Below are positions 1 through 8,403 of a stretch of DNA of 64,000 nt, piece by piece. Numbering within the stretch: position 1 is the first letter of the stretch; each line of letters opens with the position of its first letter. The DNA is from Candidatus Collierbacteria bacterium RIFOXYD2_FULL_45_13. GTDB taxonomy: Bacteria > Patescibacteriota > Microgenomatia > UBA1400 > MFAQ01. The stretch spans positions 897,252-961,251 of the forward strand of contig MFAS01000001.1 in NCBI GenBank assembly GCA_001774685.1, written 5' to 3'. Position numbers and translations under genes: made by a program. Under the pieces are notes generated by a model. That model saw nothing but the letters and a program-made list of their open reading frames with translations, was not told the DNA's origin and ran no database searches.

Positions 1-162
1 CAGACCATAAGATCCTGCCATCAGACAAAAACCCATGATCGTCAAGAGCAGCATGATTTTGAAAAACTGGTTTTCAAAGCTGCGAACGTTCCACATAATC
101 AAGAGAAACGCAAAGTACAGCAGACCCAGGACAACCACAAACAGACCAAACGATGCTTCCAT
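1..162 (-). CDS. small 2-TM membrane protein, copy 1 of a tandem paralog family (C-terminus lies beyond the window edge)
   Basis: Minus-strand ATG at 162..160 follows the SD AAAGGAG. Translation MEASFGLFVVVLGLLYFAFLLIMWNVRSFENQFFKIMLLLTIMGF is similar to the ORFs at 591..827 and 1223..1450. The listed ORF 74..313 is a different frame. Confidence 0.5.
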   Translation of the reverse strand, partial: MEASFGLFVVVLGLLYFAFLLIMWNVRSFENQFFKIMLLLTIMGFCLMAGSYGL

Positions 163-177
163 CTCTATACTCCTTTA

Positions 178-215
178 AAAATTTCAATTTGCGAACTTCA
201 AGTATTATACACCTC
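178..215 (-). promoter_or_regulatory. conserved promoter and 5' UTR element (minus-strand TATAAT, then GAAGTTCGCAAATTGAAAT) upstream of small membrane gene copy 1
   Basis: Near-identical about 35-nt element repeated at 1118..1157 upstream of paralog copy 3. On the minus strand it reads ggtgTATAATacttgaagttcgcaaattgaaa, then the SD. Confidence 0.35.
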
Positions 216-242
216 CGAATATATAGGACAGTTATGCTATAA

Positions 243-506
243 TTGTGCACAAATCTACTTCCGGAGGCAACCTTGACAAAGCTGAAACCTGTTCTCTTCT
301 TTATGGCAACCATGCTCCTCTATCTGGTCGCTTTCTTCTTTTGGCAAACCCCCATTTTGAGTATCATCATCATGATCCTCGCCATGGGCTGCTCGTTCAC
401 TGGAGATTACTTCGTTGTTGGCACTAAGTGGGAGAAAAGGCTCTATTTCCTGGCCACAACCATGCAAATCATCCCCATTGTACTCTGGGCTTTCCTCATC
501 TTTTAA
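243..506 (+). CDS. hypothetical small hydrophobic protein (TTG start at 243, or ATG at 303)
   Basis: ORF with 2-3 predicted TM helices, followed directly by the plus-strand hairpin terminator 519..542 (cccgcc-tccct-ggcggg plus a T-run). It is convergent with the minus terminator at 545..580. Confidence 0.3.
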   Translation: MCTNLLPEATLTKLKPVLFFMATMLLYLVAFFFWQTPILSIIIMILAMGCSFTGDYFVVGTKWEKRLYFLATTMQIIPIVLWAFLIF

Positions 507-518
507 TCAAGCTCCCTC

Positions 519-542
519 CCCGCCTCCCTGGCGGGATTTTTT
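519..542 (+). terminator. rho-independent terminator
   Basis: GC hairpin cccgcc/ggcggg with a 5-nt loop, followed by TTTTTT. Confidence 0.5.
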
Positions 543-544
543 GC

Positions 545-580
545 ACAAAAAATCCCGTACACAATGTACGGGATTAATAA
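545..580 (-). terminator. rho-independent terminator for paralog copy 2 (family hairpin atcccgtac...gtacgggat)
   Basis: Hairpin followed by a T-run on the minus strand. Related hairpins occur at 1180..1210 and 47001..47028. Confidence 0.5.
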
Positions 581-590
581 GAAAATCGGA

Positions 591-827
591 CTACTCGTCG
601 AGCAGAGTTCCGCCCAGAATCACGAACTGAACTCCCAGGTTGACGATCCACACCAGGACTACGATCGTTGAACCGGACAGAGCCGCGAACAGAATGATCA
701 CGAGCAAAAAGAGGATTTTGAAAATCACGTATTCGACGGTGCGCACCTTCCACATGAGAAGCAACATCATCAAGTACAGCAACCCCAACCAAACAACAAT
801 CAGACCAAAAGGTAACTCCATAAACAT
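591..827 (-). CDS. small 2-3 TM membrane protein, paralog copy 2
   Basis: 78-aa ORF; SD GGAGG upstream; paralogous to 1..162, 854..1090 and 1223..1450. Confidence 0.6.
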   Translation of the reverse strand: MFMELPFGLIVVWLGLLYLMMLLLMWKVRTVEYVIFKILFLLVIILFAALSGSTIVVLVWIVNLGVQFVILGGTLLDE

Positions 828-853
828 TTAAGCCTCCAATACTCAAATCCAGT

Positions 854-1090
854 TTAGGTACGGGGATTGATGCGTCGGGAGATCAAAACTCCCAGCTGAA
901 CGAATCCAAAAATTCCCCAAAACACGGCTGGTGCATACAGACCACCTGCCAGATCAAAGGCCACAACCAAGATCGTAACGAGAAGCTGAAGCAGTCTGGA
1001 TTCAAAAGACCTGTCCATGGTGAAAATCATGGCCAAATACAACACGGTCATCAAGGTTCCAAGGACAATAAACGTAGCTTCAAGGATCAT
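854..1090 (-). CDS. small membrane protein, paralog copy 3 (more divergent)
   Basis: 78-aa ORF; SD GAGGAG upstream; only 26 nt upstream of copy 2, so likely co-transcribed. Confidence 0.55.
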   Translation of the reverse strand: MILEATFIVLGTLMTVLYLAMIFTMDRSFESRLLQLLVTILVVAFDLAGGLYAPAVFWGIFGFVQLGVLISRRINPRT

Positions 1091-1117
1091 TTTTCTCCTC
1101 TTGAGTCATTCAGAATT

Positions 1118-1157
1118 TCAATTTTGCGAACTTCGCCATAATTATAATACCCTATAG
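1118..1157 (-). promoter_or_regulatory. second copy of the conserved TATAAT plus 5' UTR element
   Basis: Minus strand reads ggtaTTATAATtatggcgaagttcgcaaaattgaaattc, matching 178..215. Confidence 0.35.
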
Positions 1158-1222
1158 GCTACATGTCAAGCCTGGCGTTAAAAATCCCGCACATAATGTA
1201 CGGGAAATTGTGGAAACCAGGT

Positions 1223-1450
1223 TTAGTCATCAAGGATCATGTAAAGGAGCAAGAATTGGATTGCCAGGTTGACGATCCAGATGATGGCTGAGAAGTACAA
1301 GCCACCCAGCACACAAAAAAGGGTGATCGCGAGAACAAAGAATATCTTGAAGATTACGTAATCAAGAGTCTGCACGTCCCGCAAGATCACGAGCATAATC
1401 ACATAGAGTATGCACAAAATGACTGCCGTAATACCAAAAGTAAGTTCCAT
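1223..1450 (-). CDS. small membrane protein, paralog copy 4
   Basis: 75-aa ORF; SD AGGAGG; hairpin terminator downstream at about 1180..1210. Confidence 0.6.
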   Translation of the reverse strand: MELTFGITAVILCILYVIMLVILRDVQTLDYVIFKIFFVLAITLFCVLGGLYFSAIIWIVNLAIQFLLLYMILDD

Positions 1451-1462
1451 GTGAACCTCCTA

Positions 1463-1723
1463 CTATCGCTTCTCGCTTACATGAACGAGCTTCGTCTCGA
1501 AAGTCAGAACGTATGCACGGTGACGATCAGGCACGTCTACCGTCCGCTTGCACTTCGGACAATCGCACCAGAGACTTTTATATCCACCCATCTCACCCTG
1601 AGAATAGCCTTCCGAGATTTTGATTTCGTCAGGATGTTCCGGTGTAAAACGCTGGTCACAATGGCCACACTCCATTGCAATCTCACGATCAAATGTGACT
1701 GTTACGGTGCTCAAAAGTTTCAT
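1463..1723 (-). CDS. zinc-ribbon protein (CxxC...CxCxxC), hypothetical
   Basis: 86-aa ORF with cysteine pairs ECGHCD and CDCPKC; AAAGGA SD; abuts paralog copy 4, so an operon is likely. Confidence 0.5.
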   Translation of the reverse strand: MKLLSTVTVTFDREIAMECGHCDQRFTPEHPDEIKISEGYSQGEMGGYKSLWCDCPKCKRTVDVPDRHRAYVLTFETKLVHVSEKR

Positions 1724-1791
1724 ATCCAGTCCTTTCTACTTGAGAATTTCAAGGTGTTTCAACCTATATTATACCCCAGTTCCATCAGTTC

Positions 1792-3360
1792 TCAACCCAG
1801 ACTTTTGGTCATATACTCCTCCTCAAGATCATACCCCAGCTTCTTGTAATACTCCCTGGTGCCGATAGCCGAAATTACCGCCATTTTCTTGAAACCCCGA
1901 TCTAGAGCAATCCCCTCCGCCTCCACCATCAACCTCTTCCCTAAACCCCTATGCTGACTCTCACTTCCTCCTGACTTGAGTTCTTGAGTTCTTGATTCCT
2001 TGAGTTCTCTTTCTATCTCCTTCACTTGTCCATATGTATGCACTTCACGAATTATGGCCGAGCCCTCCAGCTCTTTAAACAGCATATTCTCTCCGGCATC
2101 AGGCAACCTCAATCTCAGCATTGAAAACAACATATCTCCACTCTCAAACGATAAAAATATTTCTTTTCCACCCAAGGTTTCCCTTTCATCAATCGCGAGT
2201 TGTATTTCAGCATTATAAACACCGGCGCGGACTTCACGACAGCGGATACATCGGCACTTCTTTCCTTCCTTTTTAAGCTCTTCTTGGAGCATCTGCCTCA
2301 GATTCGTTCTCAAAGTCCCGGAACTTACCCACTGTTTACTGATATCCCGAACCAACCGGTCAATCCGGCACCAGCGGGGCGTCATCTTTTTTATCTCTTT
2401 CAAAACTCGTATCAAATCCGTGTCGTTGTAACTTTTATACTCCCCCCGCTTCCACATATTGAACAGCTCCGTCCCTGGGATCACCATAGCAGGATAAACT
2501 TTCAGGTAATCCGGCTGAAAACGAGGATCCGTAAACATAATCTTTGCCATCTCGATATCTTTTTCCGGTGTGCTTCCCGGGAGATTGGGCATAAAGTGGT
2601 AGCAAATCTTGATTCCTGCATTCCGGCACATCCTCGTGGCTTCGGCTACTTCGTCCAAAGAATGTCCCCTGTTTATTTTTTGCAATATTTGCTCATCAAA
2701 TGCCTGCACTCCCAGTTGAACTTTGGTTACCCCCATCTTTCTCCAGAGCACTATTTCTTCTTCGGTCACCCAGTCGGGTCTGGTTTCTACCGAGATACCC
2801 ACGATTCGTCTTTCTCCCGTCTCGTTGTATTTCTGCGCTTCCACTAGACTGCCAGCCTCAAAGCCATTTACCCCATCGTACATGCCCTTGAAAAACTCCA
2901 GTTTGTACTCATCGGGATAAGCCGAAAAGGTTCCTCCAATCACAATCAAATCAATTTTATTGGTAATGTGTCCGGTCTCTTCCAGCTGTTTCAGTCTCAT
3001 TTCTACTTGTAGATATGGATCAAACTTAAGCTTCTTGGCCCTCTGGGCGGCCGGCTCGTCCGATAGATAAGACTTCGGCATACCGGCCTCTAAGGGACAA
3101 TAAACACACTCCCCGGGGCAGTAGTGCGGTTTCATCATCACGGCAAATGGCGCAACCCCTGACTCCGTCCGCACACTTCTGGTCTTATACAACTCTCTGA
3201 TTTCCTCATCCCCCACAAAAGGCCATATTTCCGAGTTCTTAGGCATCCTCCCAAGCACCTTGGCCCATACCCGTCGATAGTCCTCCAAATTCTCAGGAGT
3301 GAGTTTTTCCGCATCCCTTCGCACCATTTCTTCAATTGACATCTCTATATTGTACCTCAC
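1792..3360 (-). CDS. elp3: Elp3-family radical SAM plus GNAT acetyltransferase (tRNA wobble uridine modification enzyme homolog)
   Basis: 522 aa. N-terminal radical-SAM region with cysteine cluster CPGECVYCP; C-terminal GNAT motif QHRGLGKRLMVEAE; the domain order matches ELP3. Confidence 0.8.
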   Translation of the reverse strand: MRYNIEMSIEEMVRRDAEKLTPENLEDYRRVWAKVLGRMPKNSEIWPFVGDEEIRELYKTRSVRTESGVAPFAVMMKPHYCPGECVYCPLEAGMPKSYLSDEPAAQRAKKLKFDPYLQVEMRLKQLEETGHITNKIDLIVIGGTFSAYPDEYKLEFFKGMYDGVNGFEAGSLVEAQKYNETGERRIVGISVETRPDWVTEEEIVLWRKMGVTKVQLGVQAFDEQILQKINRGHSLDEVAEATRMCRNAGIKICYHFMPNLPGSTPEKDIEMAKIMFTDPRFQPDYLKVYPAMVIPGTELFNMWKRGEYKSYNDTDLIRVLKEIKKMTPRWCRIDRLVRDISKQWVSSGTLRTNLRQMLQEELKKEGKKCRCIRCREVRAGVYNAEIQLAIDERETLGGKEIFLSFESGDMLFSMLRLRLPDAGENMLFKELEGSAIIREVHTYGQVKEIERELKESRTQELKSGGSESQHRGLGKRLMVEAEGIALDRGFKKMAVISAIGTREYYKKLGYDLEEEYMTKSLG

Positions 3361-3449
3361 AGAACTTGACTTTTAGCCACAACTGTGATATTATATAGGC
3401 TGTTCGTACGTACACTTCCAACTTAAAAAACAGCCCAAGGAGGCCAAAA

Positions 3450-3830
3450 ATGGCAACATTTTCTTTCTACTTCCTCAGTTTTGCCTGGCCTCTGGCTCTA
3501 GGCATCTTTTTTGGACTCCTATCCAACAAAGTAAACCGTGGTTCATTCTGGTGGATCGTCCCCCTCCCTACTCTGGGGATATTAGTCTGCTTGTCACTCT
3601 ACACCAGCGTCTGGTACGGCGTTGCCTTTGCGGTCATGTCTTTGAGCGGACTACTGACCGGAGTAATTTTCAAAAACAGGAACTTGGGAAAGTTCCAAGT
3701 TGGTTTTGTTTGGGGTTTTCTTCCCCTAATTGGCCAGCTAATTGCGATTACCCTATTGCTTATCTCTGGCGATCGCACCACCCACAGTTCTGGAGGAAAT
3801 ATCCAGCACGCTCACGGCAGTCATGATTAG
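3450..3830 (+). CDS. hypothetical polytopic membrane protein
   Basis: SD AAGGAGG; 4 predicted TM helices; hairpin terminator at 3838..3866. Confidence 0.55.
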   Translation: MATFSFYFLSFAWPLALGIFFGLLSNKVNRGSFWWIVPLPTLGILVCLSLYTSVWYGVAFAVMSLSGLLTGVIFKNRNLGKFQVGFVWGFLPLIGQLIAITLLLISGDRTTHSSGGNIQHAHGSHD

Positions 3831-3837
3831 GTTTCAA

Positions 3838-3866
3838 GCGCCCCGCAATTTGCGGGGCGTTTTCTA
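3838..3866 (+). terminator. rho-independent terminator
   Basis: gcgccccgcaatttgcggggcg followed by a T-run. Confidence 0.6.
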
Positions 3867-3899
3867 TGACAAAAGGCCCGGTCACCCGGGCCACGAAAA

Positions 3900-4268
3900 C
3901 TAATTCAAGAAGTAGAAAAGGGCTTCGCTCAACTCACGCTGGTTAACTTCGAATTCGAAGGGGAACCCCGCGTCATCTTCGTTCGGTGAGATAACTACCA
4001 GCTTTTCGCCATTTACATCTAACCCCCAAAAATCCAATTTCCCGACGGTCTGTATTGTACTCAGCTGTTTTAGTGCCATTTCCAACTTTTTTCCATCTAT
4101 CCGGAACTCCATCTTTCCCCTACTTCTTGGAAACTTGATCCACATATACAGATTCGACACCTCGATATATCCACCGGGAACATCCACCATCCAGACTCGG
4201 ATTGGTGCATTCTCGGCCTTCAGGGGTGCTCGCTTCCTGGGTGCGGTATTGGCCATTTCTACCTCCAA
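3900..4268 (-). CDS. hypothetical protein
   Basis: 122-aa ORF; SD GGAGG; minus-strand hairpin terminator ggcccggtcacccgggcc at 3875..3892. Confidence 0.5.
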   Translation of the reverse strand: MEVEMANTAPRKRAPLKAENAPIRVWMVDVPGGYIEVSNLYMWIKFPRSRGKMEFRIDGKKLEMALKQLSTIQTVGKLDFWGLDVNGEKLVVISPNEDDAGFPFEFEVNQRELSEALFYFLN

Positions 4269-4348
4269 ATTTCAAACGTACGATTTTGATTATTTTAGTT
4301 CAATCATTGTGTAAACGCAAGCTATAGGATCTAGTGTAAAATATTCCC

Positions 4349-4987
4349 ATGCCCGAAATTCCCGGAAAAATTCAAGATCTGAGAGCTACTTACAACGAAA
4401 TTGGGATCAATTTTAGCGCCTCACGTGGCTATATCTGGCCAGACCTCAAGCCATTTCTTGTAGATGTAACGGAAAACAATTCTGTCCTTGACGTTGGCTG
4501 TGGTAACGGCAGACTACTACTAGGATTACCGGAAAAAGTTAAATACACCGGTATTGATTTTTCGACTGTATTATTGGAAAAAGCAGTCGGCCTGCATCCC
4601 AACGCCCATTTTATCGAAACAGACATCACCAAACCCGATGTCTGGAATCATTTGCCAAAATTCGATTTTATTTTCTGCATCGCTGTCATTCATCATCTAG
4701 CCACCCGCAAAGACCAGCTCTATGTTCTCACTCAAATCAAAAAACATCTCAAGCCTGGCGGTAGGTGTCTTATCACTGCTTGGAACCTATGGCAACCAAA
4801 GCTCCTCAGACACCACCTAGATCTAAAAACCAAAGTCCAGAACCGCCACCATGTCTACATTCCCTTCCAGGGAAAACCACGCTTCCATTTCGCTCACACC
4901 AAACCCTACCTGGAAGGCCTTCTGCGGGAGGCTGGCTTAAATTTGAACGTGACCAAGACGTCCCGAAACTATCTTCTCCATAACTAA
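4349..4987 (+). CDS. class I SAM-dependent methyltransferase
   Basis: Motif I VLDVGCGNGRLL and downstream acidic or hydrophobic motifs typical of the Methyltransf_11/25 fold. Confidence 0.75.
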   Translation: MPEIPGKIQDLRATYNEIGINFSASRGYIWPDLKPFLVDVTENNSVLDVGCGNGRLLLGLPEKVKYTGIDFSTVLLEKAVGLHPNAHFIETDITKPDVWNHLPKFDFIFCIAVIHHLATRKDQLYVLTQIKKHLKPGGRCLITAWNLWQPKLLRHHLDLKTKVQNRHHVYIPFQGKPRFHFAHTKPYLEGLLREAGLNLNVTKTSRNYLLHN

Positions 4988-5244
4988 ACGCCTTCTAGTT
5001 GACATCATTTGCCTATTATGAGATAATACTTCTGTTTCATAACTTGTTCGTTAAAAAACGAGGTACTTCGATGAGCCATATGAACTGGAAAGTTATGTCT
5101 GAAAAAGGTGTCGTAGCCCTCGTAGCGGCTGCGGACTATCTCGGGTATCGTATTTATCGACCTGGAACCATGTCTCGACAACTTAGGCACCACTAATTTG
5201 CCTATATTTTTCTTTTTAAAATCATGTTCCGTTAGGAGGAATAT

Positions 5245-5709
5245 ATGAATACGCCAAATGAAGACTCGAAAGGTGTTCTGGTCAACGTAGAGAATGTCAG
5301 GATTTACCTACAGGGTAAGTTCGCCATCGGAAAATTTGAAATCAAAGGTGAGAGTGTGGATCTAGCTGTGGGTACACCGGATTCAAAAATTGCGATTACA
5401 GACCATCGTCCAAACACGATTTCTCAACTCAATAATATTCTCAGCGGACAGGCAGATCAGAACTCTTTTGCCAACGCCTTTAACCAACCAGGGCTTATCC
5501 GTGTTTACCTCCGGTTACCAGCTAACGAGGTCCACATTGATATCTATATAGAGGATCCAAAGCTCCCAATTCCAGAACATACTCTCTACTTGGGAGTCAT
5601 CTGGGACCACACGTTTCCAGCGGTAAGTGTTGTCTGGGAAAAATTCGAAACCGTTCGCATTGATGGCCAAGAAGCTATCGCTTTCTGTTCCTTTATTAAT
5701 TTAAAATAA
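5245..5709 (+). CDS. hypothetical protein
   Basis: 154 aa; SD AGGAGG; terminator after the stop codon. Confidence 0.55.
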   Translation: MNTPNEDSKGVLVNVENVRIYLQGKFAIGKFEIKGESVDLAVGTPDSKIAITDHRPNTISQLNNILSGQADQNSFANAFNQPGLIRVYLRLPANEVHIDIYIEDPKLPIPEHTLYLGVIWDHTFPAVSVVWEKFETVRIDGQEAIAFCSFINLK

Positions 5710-5801
5710 TTACCCCCCCTGCCATCAGGCGGGGTTCTTTTTTTTAACACACTCTTAAGGAAGTTGACACCTTGTTTCATTTTTGACATACTTAAATTAC
5801 C

Positions 5802-6953
5802 ATGCCAAACGACGACCTCGGCCAGTTCCCCACCCCAGCATCCTCAGCTCCTCCACCTGCGGACCAACAACCGCCAACCTCTACCTCAATCATCGAAGAC
5901 ATCAATGCGCCAGTGACAAACCAAATCTCTTCCGAACCGTTCACCACCCCACCCATCATAAATCCAAGCCTGACATCTGAGAACCGAGACCTAAAATCTA
6001 ATATCGCTCCACCCGCCTTTGAAGAAACCCCGGAGGTCATTCCTTCTTTTAATCCTCCCACTCAGGAGTTACAGACGGATGCCTTACCTCAAGAAACCGC
6101 GTCCTCCCCGGTCCAAGAAACTGTGGTCCAATCCCCCGAACTACCCGATCTCCCCCCGGCACCGGTAGAAATGCCTGCCACAATCGTTCCCAAGGGCGGT
6201 TCCTCCTTTGGTGCATTCATCACCATTATTATTCTACTTATCGCCGGAGTGGCCATTGTTGCCGCTGTTTTTCTATTCTCCCAATCCCAACAGCTAAAAC
6301 AACAGATTCTGGAAATTACCCAAACTTTGGAGAAACAAAAAACAACCGTAACCCCTTCTCCCACACCAACGATCATCGAGTTTCTTACCCCAACTCCAGA
6401 ATCCACCTTGAGTGCCACACCTACCATAACGCTTACGCCCACACCCCTCTCCACCATTTCTGCAGAGACAGCTCTTTCTCTGGCCAATGCCACCAAAGCA
6501 CTTAAAATCGCTGTTAATCATCAGCCAAACGCACAACTCATACTTATTAAGACCGAAAACGCGACCGTCCCTCAAACAGCCAGCACCAAATATTTTTTCC
6601 GCCAAGATCTCACCACCAAAAAATATTTTTATGTCCTGATTACCGATAACCAAGAACCCGAGATCGTCGATAAGGCCATTTACGTTACTCCGGACAATAA
6701 TATTCCTTCTTTAAACGATCTCGTCTTAGGGAACACTCTGGGCATCGACCTCAACGAAGCGGTCGGTTTGGCCAACAGTCTCTGTCTAAGTGGTCTCTGC
6801 AAAACCGCCTATGTCAAAGCTCAGTACATCAAATCCGGGGCAAATGTCATCTGGCAGCTCTCCTTCACTCCCGCCGACACCACCAAGGATACCCTTATTG
6901 TTCAACTGAACGCTCAGACCAAAGCAGTCCTCTTCAAATCTGCTGGCTTCTAA
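5802..6953 (+). CDS. Pro/Thr/Ser-rich protein with one TM helix (extracytoplasmic low-complexity N-terminus and linker, C-terminal globular domain)
   Basis: 383 aa. TM segment FGAFITIIILLIAGVAIVAAVFLF. Possible promoter TTGACA-17-CATACT immediately upstream; the transcript may be leaderless. Confidence 0.55.
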   Translation: MPNDDLGQFPTPASSAPPPADQQPPTSTSIIEDINAPVTNQISSEPFTTPPIINPSLTSENRDLKSNIAPPAFEETPEVIPSFNPPTQELQTDALPQETASSPVQETVVQSPELPDLPPAPVEMPATIVPKGGSSFGAFITIIILLIAGVAIVAAVFLFSQSQQLKQQILEITQTLEKQKTTVTPSPTPTIIEFLTPTPESTLSATPTITLTPTPLSTISAETALSLANATKALKIAVNHQPNAQLILIKTENATVPQTASTKYFFRQDLTTKKYFYVLITDNQEPEIVDKAIYVTPDNNIPSLNDLVLGNTLGIDLNEAVGLANSLCLSGLCKTAYVKAQYIKSGANVIWQLSFTPADTTKDTLIVQLNAQTKAVLFKSAGF

Positions 6954-6996
6954 TCTTCTGTCATTGCGAGTTTCGGTATTCCGAACCGTGGCAATC

Positions 6997-7275
6997 TCAC
7001 TCCACGCTGTCCACATACAATGTTGTTCCACTAAACTCTCCTGTCACCGTAACTGTTTTTCCGGCATATTGTTTTAAATCTACCTTACGACTGGTAATTT
7101 CAGTATTCTTTGTTCCGTCAGAGATCGTAATTAGACTACCAGATACGACCACCATGCCTGTAAAAGTTTTCGTTGGCGTTTCGGTCACCACATCTGCAGG
7201 CTGAGCTACCAAACTGCAACCGCCAAAAAAGACACTACTTACTAAAACACCACCCAATATTAGTTTCTTAGACAT
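6997..7275 (-). CDS. small lipoprotein (signal peptide with lipobox FGGC)
   Basis: N-terminus MSKKLILGGVLVSSVFFGGCS. Confidence 0.5.
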   Translation of the reverse strand: MSKKLILGGVLVSSVFFGGCSLVAQPADVVTETPTKTFTGMVVVSGSLITISDGTKNTEITSRKVDLKQYAGKTVTVTGEFSGTTLYVDSVE

Positions 7276-7385
7276 ATCTTCATAAATAATTACTGACTTA
7301 TTACTTAATCATCTCAGTCTTTGTCAATATACAATCATCATATCAAACTCTTGACTTTCGTATTATTTTCGGTAATACTTGAAAC

Positions 7386-7990
7386 ATGAAATGCGTTCCT
7401 TCTGCCCAGGAATTGACTATACTTTACTGCGACAAAAAACTCTCTCTGTCGGAAATGGCATACACCACCAACCTCAAGATTCACAAGATTCTCTATTGGA
7501 TGGACAAATACGGTATAAAAAGAAGACATAAAAGTGAAGCTAATTACCTTAAAGCAAATCCCAACGGGGAACCATTCAAGATCAAGTCAAAGCTAACAAA
7601 ACGTGAAATTAAATTAAAATATCTGGCCTTAGGATTGTATTGGGGTGAAGGGAATAAAGCTACGAACCATAAAAACCGTGTCACAAACTCCGATCCTGGA
7701 GTAATTAAAATTTCCAAAAATATTTACTTAAGTTGTGCCAAGTACAAGATAACAAAATTCATTATTACCTTCAAACATTCAAGGATAACGACATTAGCAA
7801 AGCGAGGGGCTTTTGGTCCAAACAGTTGTCAGTCAACCCCAACAGAATTAATACCGGTAAACCCGTCCATTCGATGGGTCATGGTACCTACAAGAAAATC
7901 AGCACTTTTGGAGTAATGTCCATTGACCTTTCAAACACCCATCTTAAATCATACATAATGAGTCAACTCAGCAAATTGGGCATGAGATAA
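7386..7990 (+). pseudogene. homing-endonuclease-like ORF (LAGLIDADG-like motif LALGLYWGEGNK) split by a frameshift near 7700-7735
   Basis: Two overlapping ORFs (7386..7916 in frame 0 and 7733..7990 in frame 2) read as one coherent protein of about 200 aa. They sit immediately upstream of the tRNA-Thr/tRNA-Tyr pair. Confidence 0.35.
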
Positions 7991-8015
7991 GGTAAAATAC
8001 AGTGTTGCTAAACAC

Positions 8016-8086
8016 GCCGGGATAGTTCAGTGGCAGAACAGGTCATTGGTAATGACCAAACTCGAGTCCGATTCTCGGTCCCGGCT
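8016..8086 (+). tRNA. tRNA-Thr (anticodon GGU)
   Basis: Manual fold: acceptor GCCGGGA/TCCCGGC; D stem GTTC/GAAC; anticodon stem GGTCA/TGACC with loop TTGGTAA; T arm TCGAG-TCCGATT-CTCGG; no encoded CCA. Confidence 0.8.
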
Positions 8087-8110
8087 CACTGGTACAATTA
8101 ATCATCTCCT

Positions 8111-8193
8111 GCCGAGATGGTAGAGTGGTCAAATACTCGGGTCTGTAAAACCCGCGGCGCAAGCCTACGCAGGTTCGAACCCTGCTCTCGGCA
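8111..8193 (+). tRNA. tRNA-Tyr (anticodon GUA), type II with long variable arm
   Basis: Acceptor GCCGAGA/TCTCGGC; 3-bp D stem; anticodon stem CGGGT/ACCCG with loop CTGTAAA; T arm GCAGG-TTCGAAC-CCTGC. Confidence 0.85.
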
Positions 8194-8200
8194 CTAAATA

Positions 8201-8234
8201 AACATCCTCCCCTTGCGGAAGGATGTTTTATTTT
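8201..8234 (+). terminator. rho-independent terminator after the tRNA pair
   Basis: aacatcctcc...ggaaggatgtt hairpin followed by TTTTATTTT. Confidence 0.6.
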
Positions 8235-8240
8235 GACATT

Positions 8241-8346
8241 AAGCGGGGTTCGAACTGCCGGAGCCGAACACGTAACGTTTCCCGCGAGGCGGGGTGAGGC
8301 GATGTATCCGTCGACCGAACCTCGGAAAACCCTGCTCTCGGCACCA
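8241..8346 (+). other. partial duplicate of the tRNA-Tyr 3' end (GGTTCGAAC, about 75-nt insert, then CCTGCTCTCGGCACCA)
   Basis: The 17-nt 3' terminus accctgctctcggcac is repeated (8179..8195 and 8328..8344); the second copy ends with CCA. Confidence 0.35.
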
Positions 8347-8403
8347 AGGCACAGGTGGTAAAATTCACCAATCTTTGTTTGCATCTTAACATCGGAGGTA
8401 TCT

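Noticed and set aside
74-313. Listed 79-aa minus-strand ORF at the window start
   Set aside because: It lies in a different frame from the SD-preceded ATG at 162. The real gene (1..162) is a paralog of the small membrane family. The 74..313 ORF extends through the promoter-like region and lacks an RBS.
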